A model generated the notes under the pieces. It made no database searches and was not told where the DNA came from. It worked only from the letters and a program-made list of their open reading frames with translations. DNA of 64,000 nt from Candidatus Undinarchaeales archaeon (GTDB lineage: Archaea > SpSt-1190 > JASMDC01): assembly GCA_030753015.1 (NCBI GenBank), contig JASMDC010000021.1, positions 1 through 64,000 on the forward strand. Reading direction: 5' to 3'. Made by a program: the position numbers and the translations under genes. Position 1 is the stretch's first letter. Each line of letters begins with the position of its first letter. Below are positions 9,778 to 20,002 of this stretch, in pieces.

Positions 9778-10528
9778 AACGTTTGCCCCCCTTCCCGTGA
9801 CCGTGGTGGACGTCACCTTCGTCCGGACCTCGACGCTCCTGCTGCGGTTCGAGGAGCTCACCGTCCTCACCGACCCCTGGTTCTGCATGCAGCTGCGGGG
9901 ACTGCCCTGCTACCAGCGCCCCGGTATCGAGCTCGAGGACCTGCCTACGATCGACCTGATCATCGCCTCCCACCTCCATCCCGACCACTTCGACCGTCGC
10001 TCCCTGAGCCGTATGGACCTGGGTGGCACCAACATCCTCGGGCCGGAGGGGACGGCGCGGTTCGCTCGCGACCTGGGGGCGAAGGCGGTCGTGGACATGG
10101 TCCCTGGCGAGGTCCACAAGCAGAGCGGAGTGACCATAACCGCCACCGAGGCGGACCATCCCGACGGCGAGGTGAACTTCGTCCTCCAGGACGGGTCCAC
10201 GACCATGTTCTTCGGCGGCGACACGAAGTACCATCACGGGTTCACCGATATCGGCCGACGCTTTGCCATCGATGTGGCCATGCTCCCCATGGGAGGCTCC
10301 CGGGTGCTCGGCCGTCGCATCGTCATGACACCCGCCCAGGCCCTCCAGGCGGCGGTGGAGCTGGGCGCGCGCATTGTCGTTCCCATTCATGAGGGCGGCG
10401 CCTGGATGAGCCTACCGCCCCTCTCCTTCCATTCGGGACGGCCCCAGGAGCTGGAGCAGCTGGCGCGGGAGCGGGAGCCCGGCATCGAAGTGCGCACCCT
10501 GCGACCGGGGGAGATGGCTAGGTTCTGA
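9767..10528 (+). CDS. Metallo-beta-lactamase-fold hydrolase (UlaG/RomA-like)
   Basis: TDPWF, SHLHPDH, FFGGDT and PIH motifs; start codon uncertain. Confidence 0.85.
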   Translation: MGIKTFAPLPVTVVDVTFVRTSTLLLRFEELTVLTDPWFCMQLRGLPCYQRPGIELEDLPTIDLIIASHLHPDHFDRRSLSRMDLGGTNILGPEGTARFARDLGAKAVVDMVPGEVHKQSGVTITATEADHPDGEVNFVLQDGSTTMFFGGDTKYHHGFTDIGRRFAIDVAMLPMGGSRVLGRRIVMTPAQALQAAVELGARIVVPIHEGGAWMSLPPLSFHSGRPQELEQLAREREPGIEVRTLRPGEMARF

Positions 10529-10554
10529 CGTCCCGGGAAAAAGTAGCGTAGATG

Positions 10555-10576
10555 GTACTAAAGCATGCTTTAGTAC
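10555..10576. repeat. 22-bp perfect palindrome GTACTAAAGCATGCTTTAGTAC, copy 1
   Basis: Read directly; identical copy at 49230-49251; lies between convergent genes. Confidence 0.95.
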
Positions 10577-10613
10577 TATCCGGACAACACTTCATCGCAT
10601 TTCGTTCGTCCGG

Positions 10614-11672
10614 CTATTCTTCCTCGCCCTCATCGTCCGCAGGGCAGGTGGCCGTCTCCTCGTCGGCCATATCCGGCATCTCACCCGAGGATATGTCGAA
10701 CAGCAGCACGTCCGCTTTGTAGGAGAGGGACATCACCCCGACCACAACTGCGGTCCAGTAGGCGCACAGCCGGTCGATGACCACACCCACCTTAGCTATG
10801 TCGCTCGGCACACCGTGCACCACGAGCAGTCCGACCATGGTGCCCTCGGTGACAACGAGCCCGCCGGGAATGTAGGACACGACGCCCAGTAGGAGGCCGA
10901 GGCAGTAGGTCAGGCCAACGGCCATCGGCGTCACATCTGCACCTATGGCGACGCAGATGAACCACATCCGTGCGACCTGACTCGCCCAGATCAGTACCGT
11001 AATCCCTAACACAGTTGGGACGCTCACACGACGCGCCACCGAGAGGAACGCGGGGATGCTCTCTTCAATCTTCTGTGCCCCGCGCGCGCACCCGGGAACC
11101 CCGCACCTCCCTCCAAAGGAGATCACCCGGACCACAAGCACCATCACCGCCCGGTGGCGCACCGAGAGCACGAGCACGGCAACAAGGAGGAGGGTGAACC
11201 CGACCGTTATCCGGGCAGCGTCCCCGAAAGCGCCCAACTGCGTACCCATACCGGTCACGAGCCCCAGGAGGATGAGGGAGGCCATCACGGACAGGTCGCA
11301 CGCGCGCTCGATGAGGAGCGCGGCGCCGGAGTGGGATGCGTCGATATGACTGATACGCTTGGAGAGGTACAACCGGAACACCTCGCCGGCACGGCCGGGA
11401 GTGAGGGTCGAGAGCAGGAACGCACCACTGATCTGGAAGAAAGCATCTGCGAAAGAGAGCTCGTACCCCAGGGACGACATGAGCAGCTGCCAGCGGTAGG
11501 TGGATATCACGTTGAGGAACACGATGGTGAGCGCTGCGGCGACGAGATGGCCGGGCTGCGCTCCGGACACGAGCTCAATCAGGCGATCGGGGCCGACCGA
11601 CCACAGCATGACGGCGATGACGGCGGCACCCAGGGCACAGGTTAGCAGGAGCTTTGTGTTCAGGCGGTCCAC
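10614..11672 (-). CDS. Lysylphosphatidylglycerol-synthase TM / UPF0104 flippase-like protein, paralog 1
   Basis: RWQLL, TPGRAGEVFR, IERACD and PGGLVVTEG motifs. Confidence 0.85.
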   Translation of the reverse strand: MDRLNTKLLLTCALGAAVIAVMLWSVGPDRLIELVSGAQPGHLVAAALTIVFLNVISTYRWQLLMSSLGYELSFADAFFQISGAFLLSTLTPGRAGEVFRLYLSKRISHIDASHSGAALLIERACDLSVMASLILLGLVTGMGTQLGAFGDAARITVGFTLLLVAVLVLSVRHRAVMVLVVRVISFGGRCGVPGCARGAQKIEESIPAFLSVARRVSVPTVLGITVLIWASQVARMWFICVAIGADVTPMAVGLTYCLGLLLGVVSYIPGGLVVTEGTMVGLLVVHGVPSDIAKVGVVIDRLCAYWTAVVVGVMSLSYKADVLLFDISSGEMPDMADEETATCPADDEGEEE

Positions 11673-11733
11673 CTGTCCAAGTGACAGGCGTCGTTCCTAT
11701 AAGAAGTTACTCTCATCCTCTGTCTGCCACTGC

Positions 11734-12789
11734 TCACGGCTCGTCATCCTCGTCCGCCGGACAGGTGGCGGTCTCGGCGTCCGACAGGTCCGGCAGCTCG
11801 CCAGAAGACAGGTCGAACAGCAGCACGTCCGCCTTGTAGGATAGGGCCATACTCCCGACGAAGAGGGCCAGCCAGAACGAGAACACCCGCTCGATGAGCA
11901 CGGCGATCTTGGCCTGCATGCCGGGCACACCGAACAGCCCGAACAGCATGACCATGGAGCCCTCGGTGACACCCAGCCCGCCCGGGACATAGGACACGAT
12001 GCCCAGCAGGAGGGAGAGACAGTACACGAACCCGATGGTCACCAGATGGACGTTGACGTCCAGGGCCTTGAAGAGGACCCACATGCGCGCAGCATCGAGC
12101 ACCCACACGCACGCCGTGAGGCCGAGGATGAGGGGGAGGTTGATCCTGCCGGCGACCGAGTGGAAGGCGGGAGCGCACTCATCGATCTTCTTGGCGCCAC
12201 GTTCACACCCGGGCAGCCCGATCCGGCCTCCCAGTTCGAGCACGCGGACCACCATCGCCAGCACGCCCGGGTGGCGGACCGAGAGCACGATTACCGCGAT
12301 GACCGTCATCGTGAAGGCCACGGTGGCATACGCTGCGGATGCGTAGTCGCCAAGCTGTGACTCGAGGCCGGTCACCAGCCCCAGGAGGATGAAGGAGGTC
12401 ATCACGGACAGGTCGCACGCGCGCTCGATGAGGAGCGCGGCGCTTGAGTGGGAGACGTCGATACAGCTTATGCGCTTGGCGGCGTAGAGCTTGAACACCT
12501 CGCCGGCACGGCCGGGAGTGAGGGAGGAGACCACGAAAGGTCCGCTAACCTGGCAGAATACGTCGACGAACCCCGCGTCATAGCCGAGCTGACGGAGGAG
12601 CGTGTACCATCGGACGGTGTTGATGATGAGGGTGATGACTACGAGGATCACACCGGCCAGCAGGTAGTCGTTCCGGGCCGTCGACCACACACGTGACAGT
12701 TCCGCCGGATCCTCCGTCCAGAACATAGCTATAGCAACGGCTAGTCCCAGGACGACGGTGAACACGAGCTTTTTGTTCAGTCACTTCAC
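11734..12789 (-). CDS. UPF0104 flippase-like protein, paralog 2 (TGA at codon 3 of the homologous start; possibly a pseudogene or re-initiated at 12765)
   Basis: Same motifs as paralog 1. GTG AAG TGA CTG AAC AAA AAG CTC aligns with paralog 1 GTG GAC CGC CTG AAC ACA AAG CTC. Confidence 0.75.
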
Positions 12790-12813
12790 CAGTCTAGGCA
12801 CCCACGATAATGG

Positions 12814-12822
12814 TTATATAAA
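12814..12822. promoter_or_regulatory. Candidate bidirectional archaeal TATA box (TTATATAAA)
   Basis: AT-rich box ~22-25 nt from the divergent starts at 12789 (-) and 12844 (+), consistent with leaderless transcripts. Confidence 0.55.
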
Positions 12823-12843
12823 CTTGCCCTGAACACTCGCGCC

Positions 12844-14541
12844 ATGGACATCCTGGGCGTGTGGGACGGTCATGACACCGGTGCCTGCGTGGTCCGCGAC
12901 GGACGGGTGATCGCCGCCGCCAACGAGGAGCGGTTCACACGGCGCAAGCTCGAGGTCCAGTTCCCCCACAAGGCCCTGTCCTGGTGTCTTGGGGCCGCCG
13001 ACCTCAGACCGGCGGACGTCGAGGTCGTGGCCGGGTGCACATCCGACTTCTCGGTCACCCTGGGTCGCGTGTGGCCCAAGGTGAAGGAGGACTACTATCC
13101 GGTCCGCCGTCACAAGGTCGACCCGCCCTGGAACGTCGAGATCAACCGGCTCATCCAGAACGCCACCGGAAAGCTACGGTCGAACAGGATGTTCCACGCC
13201 CTGTCGAAACGGGCGCTGCGCAAGGAACTGGCACGGGCCGGGTTCGACCACGATTACATCCTCCACATCGTCGACCATCACGAGGCCCATGCTGCTGCTG
13301 CGGCCCTCTGCTCGGGATTCCGTAAGAGCCTGGTCGTCACCATGGACGCCCTGGGCGACGGGATCTCCACCACGATTGGCATCGGCGAGGACGGCGATGT
13401 CAGGAATCTGGAGACTATGGCGACCCGCGACTCACTGGGTCTGTTCTACCAGGAGATCACCCACCTCATCGGCATGCGCATCCTCGAGGACGAGGGGAAG
13501 GTCATGTCGCTTGCGGACTTCGCCTACGGGGTGCCCGATGAGAAGAACCCCTTCCTCGACCTCTACGAGGTCAACGGGATGCGGATCCGGGCACGGCTCT
13601 CCCCCGGCGCCCGATACAAGCTGCTCCAGCGGACGCTGTGGCGCAATTCCCGCGAGCAGTTCGCGCATATGGCCCAGCGTGCCTTCGAGCACTTCACGAG
13701 CCAGCTGTTCGCCAACGCCGTGAAGGAGACGGGGCTGTCCTCGGTGGTATGGAACGGGGGCATCGCCTCAAACATCAAGATGAACATGCACATCCGCCTG
13801 CTCCCCGACGTCAAGGAATGGTTCGTGTTCCCGCACATGGGCGACGGGGGTCTTGCCATCGGCGCCGCACTCAAGGTGGCAAAGGAGGTGGACGTGGTCC
13901 ACCCGGAGCGCATCCCCCACATATTCCTGGGACCGGAGTACGGCGAGGACGATGTGCTCACGGCCCTCAAGGGGTTTGCGGGGAAGGTGCGCTGGGAGCG
14001 GTCCGATGACGCGGCCGGGACCGCTGCAGAGCGCATAGCCGCCGGCGACATCGTGTTCTGGTACAACGGCCGCATGGAGCTGGGACCGAGGGCGTTGGGG
14101 AACCGCAGCATCCTGGCCCGCGCCGACTCGCCAACGGCCAAGCACGACCTGAACCTGCGGGTAAAGAAGCGGGTGTGGTTCCAGCCGTTCTGTCCCTCGG
14201 TGCTGGAGGAGGACTGCAAGCGGTTCTTCGAGGACGTGGACTCCTACGACCGGTTCATGACCATGGGCTACGTGATCCAGGACGGGTTGAAGGATCAGCT
14301 CCGTGCCGTCATCAACGTAGACGGCTCCTCCCGCCCCCAGATGCTCGGACAGGAGAACCCGGACTACCGACGGGTCATCGAGGGCGTTCGGAAGGAGACG
14401 GGGGACGGTATCGTGCTCAACACCTCGTTCAACGTCCACGGCCAGCCCATCGTGTGCACGCCCGAGGACGCGCTGCAGACGTTCGTGGACACCGGCGTCC
14501 CCCTCATGGCCCTGGGTGACGTGCTCGTCGAGCAGGCCTGA
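12844..14541 (+). CDS. Carbamoyltransferase, NodU/CmcH family
   Basis: GHDTGA...AANEERFTRRK, DHHEAHAA, EGKVMSLA, ELGPRALGNRSIL and LNTSFNVHGQPIV motifs. Confidence 0.95.
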   Translation: MDILGVWDGHDTGACVVRDGRVIAAANEERFTRRKLEVQFPHKALSWCLGAADLRPADVEVVAGCTSDFSVTLGRVWPKVKEDYYPVRRHKVDPPWNVEINRLIQNATGKLRSNRMFHALSKRALRKELARAGFDHDYILHIVDHHEAHAAAAALCSGFRKSLVVTMDALGDGISTTIGIGEDGDVRNLETMATRDSLGLFYQEITHLIGMRILEDEGKVMSLADFAYGVPDEKNPFLDLYEVNGMRIRARLSPGARYKLLQRTLWRNSREQFAHMAQRAFEHFTSQLFANAVKETGLSSVVWNGGIASNIKMNMHIRLLPDVKEWFVFPHMGDGGLAIGAALKVAKEVDVVHPERIPHIFLGPEYGEDDVLTALKGFAGKVRWERSDDAAGTAAERIAAGDIVFWYNGRMELGPRALGNRSILARADSPTAKHDLNLRVKKRVWFQPFCPSVLEEDCKRFFEDVDSYDRFMTMGYVIQDGLKDQLRAVINVDGSSRPQMLGQENPDYRRVIEGVRKETGDGIVLNTSFNVHGQPIVCTPEDALQTFVDTGVPLMALGDVLVEQA

Positions 14542-14584
14542 CGCCACCATCAGACCTATATGTCTTGGGCTTCCTCTTCCCACC

Positions 14585-15607
14585 ATGGTCCACTTGGTGC
14601 TCGAGGACGGACGCCATACACTTCCTCGTGAGGTCGTCCGGCTCATGGCCGGCGCCCGACGCTCACTGGACATCATCGCACCCATCTTCCTGGAGGAGCC
14701 GCGGCTCAGGTCCGAGCGGTCGACGGTACGACTCCGAGTGGTGGCCAACCTGGCCAAGGGCACCCTGGACCCCCTGGCCCTCCGACGGTTCGAGAACAGG
14801 TTCCTCGGGGCCCGGAGCCGGTTCGCCGAAGGACTGGACGGATGCCTGGTGATCGCGGACGGCGAGCGTGCGTACGTCGGCGCCAATCCCTTCGCGGGAC
14901 TGACCGGTGCGGGCGCTGTGGTCTCGGGCAAGGGACGAGTAGCATCACGGTTCTTCGAGGGCGTGTGGAAGAATGCGAAGGGCGGCGGACGACGCCTGCT
15001 GGAGCTTGCTGCTTCGTGCACTCCTGCGCCCGACGGCCCGGTCTCCGGTCAGATAAGGGGCAGGGACGGGACCTTCCTCGACACAGGCGATGGCGTGCTC
15101 CCACTGGACGCCAAGGGCTGGCCCAGCCTCGTGAAGGCCTGCGCCCGTGCTCCCATCGCCACACTCACCGCTAAAGTGGAGGACGGACACGTGGTGCTCG
15201 ACCGTGACGCACGGTTCAGGATCACCGACCACCTGAAGCGGGACGCAAAGGTGGACCCCCCGCGAGGGACCACCGCCTACACGCTCGCCTGCGGCGTCAC
15301 CGCCGTTCAGGACGAACGGCACGGGATGAACCGAGGCACCCTCATCACCGTGGAAGGGAACCCCAGCAAGGGCGCTGCGATGAAGGCCGAGGTAGCGCGG
15401 AAGGCATGGGCTCTCCCCAAGGCACGGTTCCCTCTCGATACAGAGATCACAGATGACGAGGAGAGGCTGACCGTAGTAGAGCTGTGTGACGGCACCCGGG
15501 ACATGGTCGAGGTCGAGGCAGCCGTGCGCGAGCGGCTCGGGAACGCGGCCGTGGACATGGTGCTGAACAAGCTCATCACCCTGGGCGCCATCTCGTACGA
15601 GCGGTGA
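14585..15607 (+). CDS. Hypothetical protein with degenerate phospholipase-D-like N-terminal domain
   Basis: ARRSLDIIAP...LRVV...LDGCLVIADGERAYVGANP resembles the PLD fold, but the catalytic HxK is replaced. Confidence 0.5.
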   Translation: MVHLVLEDGRHTLPREVVRLMAGARRSLDIIAPIFLEEPRLRSERSTVRLRVVANLAKGTLDPLALRRFENRFLGARSRFAEGLDGCLVIADGERAYVGANPFAGLTGAGAVVSGKGRVASRFFEGVWKNAKGGGRRLLELAASCTPAPDGPVSGQIRGRDGTFLDTGDGVLPLDAKGWPSLVKACARAPIATLTAKVEDGHVVLDRDARFRITDHLKRDAKVDPPRGTTAYTLACGVTAVQDERHGMNRGTLITVEGNPSKGAAMKAEVARKAWALPKARFPLDTEITDDEERLTVVELCDGTRDMVEVEAAVRERLGNAAVDMVLNKLITLGAISYER

Positions 15608-15665
15608 GGGAGCGCCGACCGTCCGAAATGTTTAATAACGATCCGGGGAGCGGAGAGCGACCACG

Positions 15666-17234
15666 ATGATAGTCGGTGGAACGGAGCGTGGCGGAGCGGT
15701 CATCGCGCTCCTCCTTGCCGCGCTGGTGCTCCTTGCTGGATGCAATGCGAACCGCGGTGCGGAGACGTGCACGGGGCTCAAGAGCGTCGATGCTGACGGC
15801 TACCAATCTGAGAACGTGGAGGATTCGTGCGACATCTGCACCGACCTCCTGTCGGCCACCGGCCAGGAGACGACATGCTTCGAGGGCAAGGTAGTCGGTA
15901 CCTCGGTACAGGGCAAGAAAACGAAGCACTATCCGCAGCTCTACGGTCGGATCGACAACTGGCTGGATTGCGACATCATCGGGGACGACGGCCTGCGGCT
16001 GGGTTGCGCGTGCTGTCTGGTCGGCAGCCCGACCAACCGGTTCGAGACCGGTGAGTGCTACTCGGTCGCCGACCGCGGTTTCCAGCGTGTCGAGGAGCGC
16101 ACGTACATCGCGAATGGACGGTGCCTGCTCGGCTCCCCTCCGGCCGATACGGCCCCGGCGGATACGACGGCCGACATATCGATGGGCAAGCTCATCTCCC
16201 GGAAGGCGCTGCGGACCCATTCCGAGCATAGGCTCGCCCTCGACGAGCAGCACGGGCACGGCGTCAGCACCCACTACGGCGACGACTCGGAGTACGCTGA
16301 GCTCCTCACCACCCGGTTCGGCGGGAGCCATCCCAAGGCCCTCCTCTACGCCCTGCTGAAACGGGGTGATCTCAGCAAGCTGAACTTCGACCTCTACGGG
16401 CAGCTCGTCCTCCAACCGAAATCCCGGGAGCGCATCATGGCCCAGTTCGAGCAGCGGGTCGGAAAGGAGGTCGAGCAGGTCGTGCCCCGACTGCCGACCA
16501 CTGACGGTGTCTACCGGTACTACCAGCTGAGGATGGATGGGAAGGATCCGGCCGAGGCCCTCTCCCTCGCTGCGGCCTCCACGGCAGGTGACATGGACCG
16601 TGTCCCGCGTGAGAGCTCGTGCATCGGCATCGTGCTGGACGTTCTGAAAGGGGCGCACAACGAGGCGGGGCTGGGCTCCCGGTACCAGCAGCTATTCAGT
16701 GCGTACACACGGACCGGGAAGCGCGGCATAGGCATCGCACGAGAGCTTGTGCGGCAGGGATGGCAGGTCATCTTCGTCGCCCCGGACTCGCAGCATCCCC
16801 ACTGGAACAAGAAGAACGAGCACGGGTACGCCATCCAGGTGGCGCAAGGCCAGCGCACCTATTACGACCTGCCCATCGACCTCTTCCTGCTCGACTTCCG
16901 TCCGTCCACGACGACGGTCACCGACGCAGGCGAGACGACCATAGAAGTGCACGACCGGACGAGGAAGGACAGCACGGTCATCGACCTGCTCCATGACGAT
17001 CCACGGGTGAACGGTGGCTACGTCCTCGCTCGCGGGGGGGACCACATCTCGCTCCTGGTCCGCGACAAGAGCATGGACTGGCTGTCGGTGTTCGAGAACC
17101 ACCAGGACAGGGGACCGACCGACGAGGACCTCTTCGAGGTCACCATCCTGGACACCTGGGACTGGGGCTCCTACGTAGTTCTAGTACCCCCCGGCACGCT
17201 CGACCCAGCACGCTACGAGTTGACCGGGCACTGA
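15666..17234 (+). CDS. Putative lipoprotein of unknown function
   Basis: Lipobox LLAGC, Cys-rich N-domain, 522-aa ORF with host-like codon usage. Confidence 0.65.
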   Translation: MIVGGTERGGAVIALLLAALVLLAGCNANRGAETCTGLKSVDADGYQSENVEDSCDICTDLLSATGQETTCFEGKVVGTSVQGKKTKHYPQLYGRIDNWLDCDIIGDDGLRLGCACCLVGSPTNRFETGECYSVADRGFQRVEERTYIANGRCLLGSPPADTAPADTTADISMGKLISRKALRTHSEHRLALDEQHGHGVSTHYGDDSEYAELLTTRFGGSHPKALLYALLKRGDLSKLNFDLYGQLVLQPKSRERIMAQFEQRVGKEVEQVVPRLPTTDGVYRYYQLRMDGKDPAEALSLAAASTAGDMDRVPRESSCIGIVLDVLKGAHNEAGLGSRYQQLFSAYTRTGKRGIGIARELVRQGWQVIFVAPDSQHPHWNKKNEHGYAIQVAQGQRTYYDLPIDLFLLDFRPSTTTVTDAGETTIEVHDRTRKDSTVIDLLHDDPRVNGGYVLARGGDHISLLVRDKSMDWLSVFENHQDRGPTDEDLFEVTILDTWDWGSYVVLVPPGTLDPARYELTGH

Positions 17235-17289
17235 GCCGGCGCGACCTCCCGTCACGTTTAAATTCCTTCCCTCTGCCTCAGAACGCAGT

Positions 17290-17374
17290 GCGGGGGTACC
17301 CTAGTTGGCCAATGGGGCAGGGCTTAGGACCCTGTGGCTTAGTGCCTTCACGGGTTCGAATCCCGTCCCCCGCA
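17290..17374 (+). tRNA. tRNA-Leu(TAG)
   Basis: GCGGGGG/CCCCCGC acceptor stem, CAGGG-CTTAGGA-CCCTG anticodon arm, long variable arm, ACGGG-TTCGAAT-CCCGT T arm; TTTAAA box upstream. Confidence 0.97.
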
Positions 17375-17596
17375 CTCTTCCTTCGTTTGGTTAATAAGCA
17401 GCGATACGACCTAATCAGTGTAATTCCTCATGATATGTGAGAGCGTGTGAGATAAACCTATCCGGGAGTCTTGTATTCCAAGCCCTCGTGTGGCCTTTCA
17501 TGGTTGTAGTATTGAATGAACTTCTCCAAATCCTTGAATCTTGGATACTGCTCCTTGAAGGTCCGATCTACTCTACGTCCTGAGCCTTTCCAGATA

Positions 17597-19420
17597 TCAA
17601 TAGATCTCGAACCTGTCTATGTCCTCCTTTTCGATCAAGATCTCAGAGCTTATCAAGAGCGACTCCACAACGTTCTCGCTGCAGTCTGCAATCGCTTCAA
17701 GGCTTTCTGACAGTTCGTTCAGGATATGAAACGTAATGCGTGTTATCTTTACCTTATGAAGCCTTGAAACCAATATCTTGTACAATTCGTCTGTCCTATT
17801 CTCCAAGTCACCCACTTCATTCAAGATCGGATTGAGCTTTACTGGCTCATTGTAGAACAGCTCGAACGCTGAGCAAGCCGCCTCAAAGCTTTTCATGCTG
17901 TTCTCACAGAGTTCTTCCAGGCAATCCCTTATTGGCGCTGGAGGCGCATCTTCCAACATTGACAACTCTTCAGAAAGCACTTCCAGATTATCTACGGCTC
18001 TTTTAAGATGAACAATACCCCTCAACGGACCGCCGCCTTCATACACCAAAGAACTGGGTGATTTCAGGAGGGACCTGACCTTTTCATCGGTTTTTCTCTT
18101 CAGGGAAAAAACAGATTCTGCCCGTACAATATTATCCTCGGATTTACCACCAATCACTTCGGAAAAGAACTCATTTGCTCTTCTGCTGACGACCAGACAA
18201 TCTTTCAAATAATCCTGGATGAGCTCTTCTGTTGTTTTTTTCTTTTCTGTTTTTTGCATGAACCATGAATATCCGGCCTTAAGACCGAAGGATGTGAAGA
18301 CTGAACTGGCAAAGCTGATGAATATCAGGATCGTGAACAGTTCATTATCCAGAACGCCCATCTGCCGCCCGACCTCCGCAATTATCAATTCGACAGCGCC
18401 CCTTCCATTCATGCCGAGTCCGACAACGAGGCTTTCATTCTTGCTGCATCCACCCAGATACGCACCCAAGGACGTCCCCATCAGCTTGGAGATTATTGCT
18501 ACGATCAGCAGGCTCATTGTCAAAGAGAACGACGTGTACAGAACGGTCAGATCGATTGGGAACGCTATCCACACAAAGAAGATCGGCGCCAAGAATCCCA
18601 TCGTTATTGAAGAAAATGCGCTCTCCACCTTATGAAAGATCTTGGTGCCGGAGACGCCTTCACTGATGAACAGCCCCGCAATAAACGCGCCTATCGTGAA
18701 ATGTATGCCCAACAATTCAGCCAGTTCTGCGAGCAGGAACGCAAAGAGGATAAAGAACGTGAAAAAGATCGCAGTGCCTCTTGATTTCTTCATTAACGGA
18801 CCAATCCTTGGAAGTAAATGATTTCCCAGGACAAGTGCCAGAGAAAAGAACAGGACTACTTTAAGAATGATCTCTATTATTTGGAAACCAGAGGGAAGAG
18901 TGCCAAGTGTAGCTATATTAACAATTACTGCAAATACGACCAAAGAGATCAGGTTGTCAACGATCGCGGTACCGACGATTATCCTCCCGATTCGTGATTT
19001 CAAAGCCCCGAGGTCCATCAGTATCCTGCTTTTAACCGCTATCGCGGTCATTGAAAGAGCGATGCCAACGAACAAGGACTGCATTACTGCATAATTAAAA
19101 TGTCGGGCGGCCAGATACCCAAAGCCAAGAGGAAAAATGGTTCCTGCCAGTCCAGTAAGAAGAGTTATCCTAAAAAGTCCCTTAAGCTCCATCGGATTGG
19201 TCTTTAAACCCACGAGGAACATGAGAAAGAATATCCCAAGATCTGCCAGGACCTCAAGTGATTCGTGATACTCGATCCAGCCCAGAATTGGCGGACCAAG
19301 CAAGATCCCTGCACCGAGCTCTCCCAAAACAGCAGGCTGTCCTAACCGTTGAGCGAGCTCACCGCCCATCCTTGCTGCAGCCAAGATCAGAACCAGTTCA
19401 ATTATTAGCTCCATGTACAC
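17597..19420 (-). CDS. Cation:proton antiporter (CPA2/NapA-like) fused to a C-terminal DUF47/PhoU-like helical domain
   Basis: LGQPAVLGELGAGILLGP, FLMFLVGL, AIVDN, GAFIAG and MNGRGAV motifs; C-terminal LENRTDEL...LEAIADCSENV. Confidence 0.85.
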   Translation of the reverse strand: MYMELIIELVLILAAARMGGELAQRLGQPAVLGELGAGILLGPPILGWIEYHESLEVLADLGIFFLMFLVGLKTNPMELKGLFRITLLTGLAGTIFPLGFGYLAARHFNYAVMQSLFVGIALSMTAIAVKSRILMDLGALKSRIGRIIVGTAIVDNLISLVVFAVIVNIATLGTLPSGFQIIEIILKVVLFFSLALVLGNHLLPRIGPLMKKSRGTAIFFTFFILFAFLLAELAELLGIHFTIGAFIAGLFISEGVSGTKIFHKVESAFSSITMGFLAPIFFVWIAFPIDLTVLYTSFSLTMSLLIVAIISKLMGTSLGAYLGGCSKNESLVVGLGMNGRGAVELIIAEVGRQMGVLDNELFTILIFISFASSVFTSFGLKAGYSWFMQKTEKKKTTEELIQDYLKDCLVVSRRANEFFSEVIGGKSEDNIVRAESVFSLKRKTDEKVRSLLKSPSSLVYEGGGPLRGIVHLKRAVDNLEVLSEELSMLEDAPPAPIRDCLEELCENSMKSFEAACSAFELFYNEPVKLNPILNEVGDLENRTDELYKILVSRLHKVKITRITFHILNELSESLEAIADCSENVVESLLISSEILIEKEDIDRFEIY

Positions 19421-20002
19421 CTACAAATGCAAAAGGGCCTTTATAAAATTGATTGACACGATCGGTTAATGTTCACCCCGCCACTGGCATGAATTGTTTG
19501 TATCTCGCCATTGATATTGCTTATTGATTCACGCCTCATGATCTTGGCTTTGAACTCCTCGTATCGGGCCTCGTTCGTGTACCTCAGCAGGATGATCGAG
19601 CCGCTTGAACTTGAGACTGATGCGTACACGGGAATGGTGAAGCTGAGGTCCGTCTGCTATCTCAGGAACACCGGAGGACCTTCCTCCTGGATAGGATCGT
19701 CAATACAATCCCCGTGGATACCAACATGACTGTCGTGGCCTGAACGGGAACGATAGCCTAATTAAGGTTAGTACCGTGGGCGAGAGGCATGGCCGAGGAG
19801 ATTGCACCCGGGTCCATGGAGGGAGGGGCCGAACTGATCACGCCGGGTTGACGTTCTGAAACAGGAGTATGTATAAAACCCGATTTCGCAAGGAGGGATT
19901 TGAACTAGCTATTCGGCCCCCGTCCCAAGCTTGATGCAGCTGTTTTGATCGCCTGCGCAGCCTTTCCAAGCATTCCCCAATCCGGGTGCGAACCTCCCTG
20001 AT

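Noticed and set aside
12781-12783. TGA read-through or alternative genetic code
   Set aside because: TGA terminates many clearly delimited genes in this window (e.g. iolD, iolE, carbamoyltransferase).
19441-19790. Possible degraded ORF with an in-frame TAG inside island 1
   Set aside because: No recognisable family, so it cannot be supported as a pseudogene.
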